DNA of 63,908 bases, counting the filler, from Folioceros fuciformis (Eukaryota): the NCBI GenBank assembly GCA_049999805.1. It is 7 parts of 5 records of this genome, joined end to end, with 100 filler letters (N's around TTAATTAATTAA, not from the genome) between each part and the next. Parts side by side here need not be neighbours in the genome. Positions count along the whole stretch, not along the records: positions 18,812 to 31,873 come from JBNGIO010005932.1; positions 31,974 to 45,737 come from JBNGIO010005932.1; 5 more parts are not named here. One strand, 5' to 3'. The notes below the pieces were generated by a model. It did no database searches. It saw only the letters and a list, made by a program, of their open reading frames with translations, and was not told the origin of the DNA. Below are positions 23,843 through 34,772 of this stretch, piece after piece (the stretch's first letter is position 1; the number at the start of each line of letters is the position of its first letter). A program made the translations under genes and the position numbers.

Positions 23843-24672
23843 TCCTCTCCTGTTAGCAGGAGTAGGGAGCATATGCGGAACTAGACGTAATGCAGCAAGT
23901 TCTTATTGGCTTTTTTTAGAGATGTTTGCTCTCTTTGAATTCTGGTAATTTCTAATTGTGCTGCCAGTGTGTTGGTCCTTGCTTGTAGACGTTGGCATCT
24001 CTATTGGCCTGGCATTGCTCATTAGGGAAAGCATCTTTGTTGGCATGGCATTGCTCATTAGGGAAGGCAGTCCACCTGATCTGATATCATATGAATGGAG
24101 CAAGAGGCGAGAGCGATGGATGTTCAGGCGGTAGATTTAGCATTTAGATTGAAGCGTAGAAGGTTTGCATCCTTGTGCAGAGTCAAGCGTCATGAGCGAG
24201 ACGCTGTGACCGTTTCACTTATGCTCGAGACGCTGTGACCGTTTCACTTATGCTCGTTGGTATCCTGACCTAGATGAACCGTGCCCTAGTAGGCCTAAAT
24301 ACTATTATTATTAATAATATGCACCTAGCTGGATGATGGATCCCTGTCACTGCTCTTGAGATGTCTACCAATTTGGCACGAATTTCCTTGAACTTTGTTT
24401 GTGAGCCAGGAGTTTCCGCGTGGAAGATGCAGATCAGCATTATACAGTATAGGATGAAGTGTTGATGAAGGATGAGCTAGTCTTGGCCAAGGTCCCAACA
24501 CTAGGCTGCTAAATATGGCATCGAATAATTTCAAATGATGAATGCTCCACACAGAGACAGCCTGTTAAAGCTTCACAACTTCTAAGCACTAACTAAGGAT
24601 GCGTTTTGGATAAGTTACTCGGGCAGGTGTCTTGCTTACAAGGTTTCTCCTTCGGTAACCTCAAAACTCTGC

Positions 24673-25936
24673 TCAGCAATCAGGACCTCGAATATCGATT
24701 GAGGTGTCAATGGTCGATCTTTCTTGGAGATAGACTTTAGCTTTGACCACCGCTTTCCCGATGTGAAACCCAGGTACAACCACAAATGCTACTCTCCACA
24801 CACAATCCGATTTGCAGCTGGCTGCATCATCGTCGTCATCCAGGGTATTAACGCTCTCCATGTATGCTTCATCGAAGGCACAGCCTGTCTTCATCTGCAA
24901 TATTACAGCACAAGAGGTCGTTTAGTTATAAGAGCACCCGGGGTTCCAATTTGGGGGGAAATGCTGAGTTTACCTTGAGAATGGTGCAAGCTGGATTAAA
25001 CGAGAAAACAAGCAGATGACAAAGCCAGACATCGGACAGAAGCAAATAAAGCTTCCTCCGTAGATCTATGTCCTCTTCTATGTTTATAGTGTAAGGGGCA
25101 CGTCGTCCAATCCCGAAGTCTCGTAAAACCAGCTGGGCTTTGGTGCAGGAGAAGATAAGCAAGCTATCGCCACCGGAAGCAAAGGTGCATGCACTAATTG
25201 GTTGACAGAACACTTGGTTCCCTGCAACACTAGTATTCCGGGGTATTTCTGCTGTACCTCTCGTAGCTAGTTCTTCCAATCTTTTCATCCATGCGTCATA
25301 GCCTTGATGCTGCGAGCTGACAAGATCCCTGTATTGCCTATAACTGTCCGTCCTCCTTTTCCCTAAGTCCATCTCTGTTGGATGAAATTCAGGAATCTGG
25401 AAATCTTCGGCCTCAAAACCATAGAAAACGATGTCCGACACATGCTTCTGGTACAAAAACTTAACATCAGACGTTCTTGAAAACCTCATGTCACATGTGT
25501 GGCAGCTACGACCATCCATAGCACCAGCCTCATCTGCATGCTTGAAGTAGTATGTGCCCTTCTCACACATGAACGCTTTACTGAAAGTGGCCAGGGAATT
25601 CTTAATTCTCTCGACTTGGAGCTGGACGTCGTTGGGAGTGGCCGCACAATCTCGGTAGCCCCCATGCTGTCCGCCACCCTGAACCTCAAGTCTTCCAATC
25701 TGCTCCTGCAGGCGCTTATTGTGCTCCACAAGGTCTCCATTGAGGCGTTGCAGTTCCGACACCTTGCTCTTATATTCAGTCGTTAATTTAATCGTCTCCC
25801 GCACCTCCGTCAGCGCCCTTGCTCTAGCTTCGTTCTCACGTTTGAACGCGTGATTCTGAGCATCCAACTTGTGTGAGTCCTCCGTTTTGACTGTCCTGCC
25901 CGCAATACGTGCGAGTGTTCTCGCAATGCATCCCAT
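24673..25936 (-). CDS. GIL1/IRKI-like coiled-coil protein (copy 2), 2 exons (25936-24974, 24894-24673)
   Basis: MGCIAR start, coiled coil, TPNDVQLQV, IVFYGFEAEDF and DVWLCHLLVFSFNP. A 79-nt intron sits at the same position as in copy 1, followed by FDEAYMES and VAFVVVPGFHIGKAVVKAKVYL. Confidence 0.82.
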
Positions 25937-26661
25937 CGTTTCCCTAATGCCTCGGGCCACCACGAACCAAAACTCAGCAAGCGTGGAAGGTCGATGCGAC
26001 GAGCTACCGAGATGCGCCCAGGCAAAGGCCAGTTAGGGCCCTGCATTCACTCGTTCATGAGTCTCTGTTGTTGTTCGACAGGGACTTGCACGATCGTAAA
26101 GCTCCAACGAGAGCACTCCGCGGGGTAACGTGTCAGAAAAGTGATGGGCCTAGGAAGCGAACCCGGACTACATCCCAGGTCTCTACGTCAAAACAAAGTC
26201 AAGCCTTCCAAGCTCTGTTTACGCGAGCGTAATACTTTCAGATCTCGTGGACATCCAGAGGGTAGTCGTACAATGCCAGCGTTACAACAGGCGTATGTAT
26301 GGACTCCGGAGTAACGTGTAAGCAGTAGGTACATTGTACGATGCGAGGGAATCCGACAAACACAAACGGGTCCGACGACGCATTTGAAGCGTCCTGCGGC
26401 AAAGCTGGAGCGTAGTCTGACATGCAAGATGGAACACAAGGACGGATTTGAAGCGTCCTCTCCAACTCCACGAGCGTAACAAGATTACGCTCCACCATTC
26501 GGGAAGCTTCGAATGGACTGAGGAAACTGTATTTAGGACCTCACAGTCTGAACTGCTGCAACGTGACTCCTCGCAAAGATGAGTCTGGCTTGGGCATTAT
26601 AGCGCTTCAGATTGGCAGTAGGCGCAGGAGTGACTCAAAGGTGTTCTCAGCCGAGCCAAAT

Positions 26662-26783
26662 GCGGACGAGAGCTTCCCAAAGATCTGGCGAGGAATGTTG
26701 TCCGGCGAGCACTTGTCTCGCTCACATCACCTGTTCGAGTACTTTCGCAGGCTGACAAACGTCGTGCTGAGGTCAATATGTGA
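26662..26783 (+). repeat. About 120-bp direct copy of ZNFX1 internal sequence 28175-28298
   Basis: GCGGACGAGAGCTTCCCAAAGATCTGGCGA...TCACATCACCTGTTCGAGTACTTTCGCAGGCTGACAAAC...TGCTGAGGTCAAT is present at both sites. Confidence 0.9.
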
Positions 26784-26928
26784 CGGCCTTAATGGCGACA
26801 GGTATTAAACTAAGCCTCCAATCTCTCGCCTCTGCGTCCGGTTCTTATCAGCAGCTACTTGGGACTTGTCGCCAATGGGAGCTTTAGAATCGTCTCTGGG
26901 AGGGTCCCGACAGGAGCCTGAGAATACG

Positions 26929-29900
26929 ATGAAGCCCCGGACTGATGTGCAGCTGGTGGTGGAGCACAAGAAGAACGGCACGGTCGTGGGCACCACGTCT
27001 GTCGTGGTGGATCGAGATTCTCCAGACGTATTGTCGGAGCTGCAGTGGAGGTTGATTCAGAGCATGCCAGACCTGGTGCCGCACGATCTTCGCACGCTGG
27101 TGGGGGTTGACGAGAGTTCCGTGAAGGTGGAGTACAAAGACCGGAGTGGACGGCACTCAGTTATCACCAGCAGTGTTGAGCTCCAACAGGCGATTGGAGA
27201 GCTTGTCGTCCTCGGACACGCTCCCAAGCTCTGGGCCTCTTATCAGCCTCCGGCGGATGCAGATCCGAATACGTGGAGGCGAGTCGCGTATGGCAGGGAC
27301 TCGGGAACCGGTGCTGAGAATGACGGTCGATGGCAACACCTGGAAAGAGCGGACAGTGCTGCGGGCGGCCGGGGGAGTTAACAGAAGCCGCGCAGGATCG
27401 GCGGGTTTACGTCTCGATCTGGAAGCTCCCACTCTACGGGAGCAACGCCGGGGCACTCTCGGCAGCTTCAGTCAGAAGCGCAAAGGTTGCTCGGTCGGCG
27501 ATCGAGCGATGCTTCTGTGGTAAATCATGAACCAGGTGGGATGCTTGTTTTTGCAACCTCGCATTACGTTTGGTCCAATCGGTTGAAAAAACTCCAGAAT
27601 GCCGTATCTTGAATCTGCTTGTTGGCCTGTTCAAACACGGTGAAGGGCTGACGAAGGCCAGTGATGCGTCGACCCTTTCAGCGACCCAGCTCTGCTACTG
27701 GCTTGATGCCAAACTCCACCTCTCTCCAGCAAGGAACATTCAGGAGCTGGGCTCGGAACAAAGTCCTGACTTCAAGGTTCTGGCCAATCTGCTGGAAAGG
27801 ACGAATTTTCTGGCGTCCGCCATACGAAAGACGGCGGAGCTACTGTCCCGGGATGAAATCCGAAGCTCCTTGATGCGCCACAAGACTGACAAAGTATATG
27901 GGCTCCTTCCGGGTTCGCCCTTCATGATGCAGCTTCAGTGGCACGTCCAAAGCATGTACAATCCCAAGGCAAGCGACTTGGATCCACATATCAAGCTTGT
28001 GGAGGAGATTCTGACTCGAACAGAAGATGGGTGGAAGGTAGTGCCACTTGATGCTATCAAGCGGGTGATTGATGAGACTCTTGGGGATGTTAACTGCAAG
28101 TCTTCAGACAGAAACTCGTATGACGCTCTGTTATCAGATGTGAATCGATTGCTTCAAATAAGAGACCCGTCAAAGCGGACGAGAGCTTCCCAAAGATCTG
28201 GCGATGAATGTTGTCCGGTGAGCAGTTGTCTCGATCACATCACCTGTTCGAGTACTTTCGCAGGCTGACAAACATTCAATGCTGAGGTCAATGTGTGATG
28301 TTTATGCAGGAAGAAGAATATCGCCACCTTCCTATCCTGCCCACCATGTTCCGAAATGGTGGTCGCAGGCATTCTACAACAGCCGCTTCCCGTTAATAAA
28401 GTTGGCCGGCCGTACTCAACTGTCTTCGAGTACCTGGACACAAATTTCAAGCTGTTACGTCAAGATTATATTGAGCCTCTTGGAGAAAAAATCAACGAAT
28501 GCCGGAACCGAAATGTGAATCAGCCTAGTGCTGACATGAGATCCTCCAGGGCGTTACCATGATGAGGAGGGGATATATGTTAATGTTCGCTTTCATCCCG
28601 GCTTCAAATTTGGCAGAGAATCCATCGAGTATGAGGTACACCAGTCAGTGATTTTCGTTTGTGCACATGTGCTGGAGTTGCCAACTCGTCGCTCACCGAT
28701 ACTCACTGGGTATTCCGAAACTTGTCATTTGCCAGGTACACTTCAAAGATGTTGGCGGATTCACTTCGTGGGAAACATCCAAACGGTTTATGGTTGGTTC
28801 TTTATTATGCTTCTCAGAGGATAACTTCGCCACACATTTCTGGGGGCTAGTGGCTAGTCGTGAGGTGAGGGGCCTTGCAAGGGGTGTCCTCATGATCCGC
28901 ATTCTACCTAGCCCAGAAGCTTCAGAGAGCTTGGAACGTACTGAAAGAACAACAGAGCAGGCACGCTTCCCCTGGTTTGAACCAGGAAAGCGCTTTGTCA
29001 TGGTAGAATCGCCTGCGTTCTTTGAATCATACTCGCACGTTCTGAAGAGCCTACAGACCGAGGACATGTGCCGCCAGCTCCCTTTCGCCAAGCATCTGGT
29101 CGACTTGGAGGGAAGGGTTGGTCCACCCACCTATTTAGCGAGAAGGCCACAGAAAGGAGTGTATAATTTCAGCAACGTGTTTCCTCAGATGGCGAGAGGC
29201 AGAGATGCCTTTGACGTACTGGGAACCTGGCCAGACTGGGACCTGGGTACTCTGCCAGAAAGAGGCTCTCAAGCATGCACTTACTAAGGAGCTCGCGCTG
29301 ATTCAAGGACCTCCCGGAACAGGAAAGACGTATGTTGGCCTGTTGCTACTCAGGATGCTGCTAGCAAACTTAAAGCAGCAAGAGTGTGGGCCCTCTTGGA
29401 GGGGTGCAGCTGACAACAGGCGTAGTCTTCAAAACGTATCGGGGCCGATTCTGGTGGTTTGCTACACAAATCACGCGCTGGACCAGTTTCTCGAAGGCAT
29501 TTATGAGCACGAAAAAAGTTTGATTCGCCTAGGAGGGCAAAGTAAGAACGACGAACTGAAGGTTAGAAGCCTGACGTATCTTGTTCGGGAGCAGAAAGAA
29601 AAACGAGCTTTGGATCATGACCTGCGTCAAGCCTTCAGAGAGGCAATGGATGTAGCTCAGCGACAGAAGGGAGAGATCGAAGAAAAATATTTGCCCTTCC
29701 TAAGCTTGGTAAGCCTGAGTCAGCGGCATTTGGTACCACATGCAGTTAATGCTTTCCTGTTTACCTGAATAGAGGCCGACGATCCTGTTGACCATGGTGT
29801 CTTACTGGTCTCTTATTGCAGACGCTCGTAAACAAACATGCTCTACATGAAATTGCAACTCCACAAGAGATAGATTCTCTGTTCCTCTGGAGGAGCCAGA

Positions 29901-31873
29901 CAGTTCAATTGGCAGAGGATCATAAGCTTTCTGACGATGAAGCAGTGCAGATCTGGCTTTCTGGAGCCGATGAAAGGGCCTGTCGCAAAAACACGGGTAC
30001 TTTAACAGTACTCAGGACAAATCAAGGCCGGGCTTCGTTTCCACGAATCCATTCGACGTCTTCGGAACTTTCACCGTTGATGAAGATGAAGAACACGCTC
30101 TGCAGAAATACGATCGATACGATGAATTTTCAATAGCGTCTACGGACGACGATCCTTATGACTTTGAAGATGGAGAGACTGCAGGTCAGCTTGACTACTG
30201 GGTTGCTCAGTACCTACGTACCATTCTTATCTACTCTGGTGAAATGCCTTTAAGACTTTCTTTCTTGCAGACTCCAGTGTCGAAGACGATGCAGCTCCTG
30301 TACAGCAGCTGCAACTGTTAGACATGAACAGAACAGATGAGGGGCCAGGAAACAGGAATACAGAAGAGTTCTCAAGTCCAGAAGACAGTGGACCAATAAC
30401 ACCTGACGACGACTTTATCAATGTAGGTGATGTACGGAAGTTGCCTCGGTCTTTGAGACTGAGGCTGCACCAGTGTTGGCTGATGGCCATCAAGAGGAAA
30501 GCCGAGCACGAAATTACGAGATTATCCGCCGAGTATGAAGAGGCCTGCAAAGCCAGACTACAAGTGGAAAAAGAGGGGCATCTACGCCTGCTTAGACAAG
30601 CGAAGGTCGTGGGTATGACTACCACGGCAGCTGCCCGAATGCGTGATACTTTGGCCTCCCTGAAGCCAGAGATTGTGATAGTGGAAGAAGCAGCCGAGGT
30701 TCTGGAAAGCCACATTCTGGCTTGTTTCAGTCGTCACACCAAGCATCTCATCCTCATCGGGGATCATAAGCAGCTGCGGCCTGCAGTATCTGTTCACAGG
30801 TTGGCCGTGGACCACAAACTGGATGTCTCCCTCTTTGAGGGACTGGTTGCCAGTGGTGTGGAATACAAGTCTCTGGAGGTTCAAAGGAGAATGAGACCAA
30901 CCATATCATCCCTCCTAACGCCAATCTATCCGTACCTCACAGACGATCCTTCGGTCAGCACTTTCCCCGATGTGCGTGGTATGAAACATAATGTGTACTT
31001 TGTAGATCACCAGGAGGAGGAGAGCTCCGTCAGGGACTCAGACAATGGGTCTAAGGTGAACAAGGAGGAGGCAAAACTGATCGTGGAACTTTGCACCTAC
31101 CTTTTGAAGCAGGACTGCTATTGCGCGAAGGACATCACAATTTTAAGCATGTACACCGGCCAGGTAAACAGCTCACAGATGATGTACAGTTTGTATCAAA
31201 GGAGACTGAGCGCACACAATCCTTTCGGTGCAGTAAGTTGCGTGTGCCTGACAAACTCGTTTGATGTTCAGGTGGAAGAAATCAGGAGTCTCCTGAATGT
31301 GCGCGTGGGAGGTAGATGCCGGCCAAGGGCGATTGCAGCCGGGCATCCTAACCAGCAGGGTGATTTACCCAGAGTCACAAGCGTTGATGGTTTCCAGGGA
31401 GAGGAGAGCAAGATCGTTCTCCTGTCTTTGGTGTGGAATAACAAGCATGATAGGACTGGTGGAATAGGGTTCCTCGACATACACAACAGGGTCTGTGTTG
31501 CCCTTTCCAGGGCAAAACATGGAATGTATATCTTCGGAAATGCAGATCTTCTTGCTGCGTGGAGTGAAATTCGGGGCACAATCACCGGAAACCTCCGACA
31601 TTCCGGCCTGCTGGGCGCACAGCTGATCCTGTGTTGTCAGAATCATCCTGAGAGAGAGACCAGAGTGACACGAGCTGTTGATTTCACACAAGTTGAGGAT
31701 GGGGGTTGTGGTCAGCCGTGCGAGTTCCAGTTACAATGTGGCCATGTTTGCCCTCGACGGTGCCACCCTGGTAGCAATCATGAGCAAGCCGTCTGCTGTG
31801 AAAGCTGCTCAAAGCAGCATGAAACCTGTGAGCATACTTGTTCAAGGATATGCCACCATGGATCTAGCTGCCC
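26929..31873 (+). pseudogene. ZNFX1: ZNFX1-like UPF1/SF1 RNA helicase with NF-X1 zinc fingers and a putative N-terminal PB1 domain; frameshifted and truncated by a linker gap
   Basis: ZNFX1-type blocks YRHLPILPT, YLDTNFKLLRQDYIEPL, WETSKRFMVGSLLCFSEDNF and FFESYSHVLKSLQ; Walker A QGPPGTGKT; YTNHALDQFL; VEEAAE; IGDHKQLRP; QRRMRP; VDGFQGEE; VALSRAK; CGHVCPRRCH and CEHTCSRICH. Introns at about 28218-28308, 28636-28735, 29709-29821, 30185-30270 and 31163-31271. Frameshifts near 27370, 28345, 28550, 29255 and 30000. Confidence 0.85.
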
Positions 31874-32973
31874 NNNNNNNNNNNNNNNNNNNNNNNNNNN
31901 NNNNNNNNNNNNNNNNNTTAATTAATTAANNNNNNNNNNNNNNNNNNNNNNNNNNNNNNNNNNNNNNNNNNNNGGAGAATAAAGGAGAGTGCTTGGACAG
32001 GTTGGGGTATTATGGGTAGAAGGGAGAGCCTTGCAAACTAGGAGCAATTTCGCATGTAAATGTTATAGCCATGAAGTGTAGTGTGCATTTATGTGGTGAC
32101 AAAACCCCGGGCACCTAACTGCCAAGGAGGGGGCTTGTGCTGTCTCTAGTGTCCAAGCTTATTCCATTGTGATTAAAACATTCAATTTGGGTTTCGTTCC
32201 CACGAAGGACAATGGAATTTCTCTTTCTATCTAGAGGTTGGATGGAGGGTTTACTTGTCTTACTACCTCGACTCCTAACCAAATCCTAGCATGTCCTGGC
32301 CCCTATATCACAGTCATGCTACGGACAGATAGTTGGGTCAACTTCCCTGCCAACCCATAGACAACTTCACCCACTAATGCTGCATTAGATGCTTCTTATA
32401 GTCAGTTCTCACATCAACAACCTAGGATAGTCCACTAGATCTCAAGAAGACCCGGACATACCTCCTAAACACTTGTACAACTCACACACTAATATGATGG
32501 ATTTGAGGGCTCTCCTCTAGGTCTGGTCTGGCATATGACAAACTTAATAAAATCTATACTACGGATCATACAACACAAGTGCGGAGGCATGGAATGGAAA
32601 ATTGAGCATGTAGGGAAGACAAGATGCTAGAGATCATCAACATAAAAGAGAATGTATTAAGGAGGGCAGAGCATTGTGCTATATACCCAAAAAAACGTAA
32701 ATGATTATTAAATCGTCATAACTAAAATGTGAAACTAACTCTTTAACCTAGGTTAGAGGTCTTAACTGCAGTCTAGGTTTTCTATACTCTCACTTAGTTT
32801 ATTATTTTAGGAGTACGAAACGGGCATTAAACTGAATGCATGTTCTTGTGAGAGTCATCATCAGTCTAAGAACTCTTGCCAAACGTGAAGACTGTGTCAC
32901 GCTTGTCAATCAGTGTCCAACAACTCTTTACGCTCCATTGTCTTGCTCCCCACGGATCACCATAAAAGCAACA

Positions 32974-33784
32974 ATGGCTAGCCTAAGTGCCACAAAACTC
33001 TCGTTGCTTGTGATGATTGTCTTCATCTTTGGTGCTTTCTGTCATTGGCAGTCTTCACTCGCTCAATCGAGTTGCACATACTCCAGAATTTTGTGGCTTG
33101 AGATGGAAGACTCTGTTCAAGGTCTCAAGTGCCTGGGGTGTGATAGCTTGTGGATACCAATGCGCAAGTTCTCCGAGTGTCAGTCTTGTCTTCATGTGAT
33201 GAACTGTCTGGACTCCAACATAGTGTTCTTTGAGTCTCCAGCTGATGCTCCACTTCCTACAAATATCTCAAAAGGCAAGACTGCAAGGAGAATTCACAAC
33301 TTTGACAACAAAGGAAATCCAAAACAGGTGTTTGCAGCTGCCTCCGTAGACTTTGAAAAGGTTGCTTGTAAGGAGACAAAGATGAAGTGCAAGCAGGCTG
33401 GTGTGATGGATGTTGGTATAGACCCAAGCATGGAAGAGTTCTTATGCTTCACAAAGTACCTCTCCCTATCGACTCTGAAGATGAGAAGTACATGGAGAAA
33501 GAGTGGGGACGGAAGCCTATGAAGAATCCCACAAAGAAGAAGAGTGAGGTAGTGATTTCTAAGCCTCATACCACCGAGACTGGTCTGTTGGTCACCTATG
33601 GATGTCAGTACCTAAACTATGTTTGATGATATACTGGACATATTCTAAACCACCTTACTACTATACAGCCCTTACAGAAGAGTTTGCCAAAGCCAACAAG
33701 ACTCGAGAAGAGCTAATCAAGTTTTTGAACAAGAATGGCAAAGCTCCCACACAAGGATTAGCTAGTGAGCAATCCCCTTTGTAA
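32974..33784 (+). pseudogene. Unknown cysteine-containing putative secreted protein, frameshifted
   Basis: MASLSATKLSLLVMIVFIFGAFCHWQSSLAQ looks like a signal peptide. Coding-like sequence continues through about 2 frameshifts (near 33460 and 33620). No family recognised. Confidence 0.4.
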
Positions 33785-34254
33785 CAACAGAGGGAATTAG
33801 GCAAATACCAGCAGCAGATATATGTTTTTCATGAGCTAGTTTAGATAAAGCCTTCGTGAGAATGTCTGAAACATTGTCCTCACTTGGGACATAAGATATT
33901 TTTACCTCTCCATTCTCTGCTGCCTGTTGTATAAGTGATGACTTATTTCAATATGCTTTGAACGAGCATGAAAAACAAGATTCTTCATCAGTGCTATTGC
34001 AGACTGATTGTCACATGTGGAATGCGAGTACCCGCAGTAGGTAGGGAGCAGCTAATAACATTTTTAGTTTTGTTTGGTCTTGGTTTGGTAGGTTAGATGA
34101 GTGGCGATAATAAGGGGTAGTATTATAAAGAAGTTACCTTCTTTGGGATGGCTACCTATAGGGAGGTATGCCCACGTAGGGAGGATATCTCTGTGGGAGG
34201 TACTTAGACCGGGTCCTTTCCACGGCTCACTCGTACTCCGCCACCCAATGTATC

Positions 34255-34468
34255 AGTTAAGTTTTTGGTATGCACTAATAAATTCTCAGATCGATCTCAG
34301 TGCACACCAAACATTGCAACAAGGACTAACTTGAATATGCTGGGGGTCAGGGGCATGTCCCTGTATCAGTGAAACGTTTACATAACTGTATTTAGGGTTT
34401 ACCCTTTTGTTTTAGGTTTAACCCAATGTATAACTAATGTATTATATGTATTGTAATTATCTGCAACA
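34255..34468 (-). mobile_element. 3' LTR of copia family D (inverted partner of 38466-38680)
   Basis: Reverse complement of 38466-38680. On the minus strand it is preceded by the PPT TGAGAGGGGG (34478-34469) and followed by GATAC. Confidence 0.88.
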
Positions 34469-34772
34469 CCCCCTCTCATTGGGTATACAGATAAAACCTA
34501 AAGCAAGCTGAACCTAAAATCAGTCTTCTGTGTACGCTCCTTAGTCTCCACTTAGTCTTCAGCTGAGAAGCTCCTCATTCACGCTTCGAAGATCACCGTC
34601 ATGGCTGGAACACGGGCTGCACCTATTGATTTGTCAGCATCTGATAGGGAAGACAACAATGATCCTCACAGCGTCAATAAGGAGCCGTCACCACCTGTTG
34701 CGTGCACACCAACTCGTTTCATGTCTGTTGGGACACTTGGTGTTCTACCTATGGCGCATCGAATCTGCACCT

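Larger units (their letters stand above)
13670..24316 (-). mobile_element. Degenerate Ty1/copia LTR retrotransposon (family B), host of a nested intact element
   Basis: LTRs at 13670-13867 and 24090-24316; near-TSD AGATG/ATATG; degenerate tRNA-Met PBS (CTGATATCA) ending at 24089. gag from 23381, zinc knuckle CGYCKILGHIYEEC, INT, RT (YVDD) and RNase H, all with many stops. Confidence 0.88.

Noticed and set aside
31974-32830. Possible degraded TE sequence
   Set aside because: No recognisable motifs, termini or repeats, so left unannotated.
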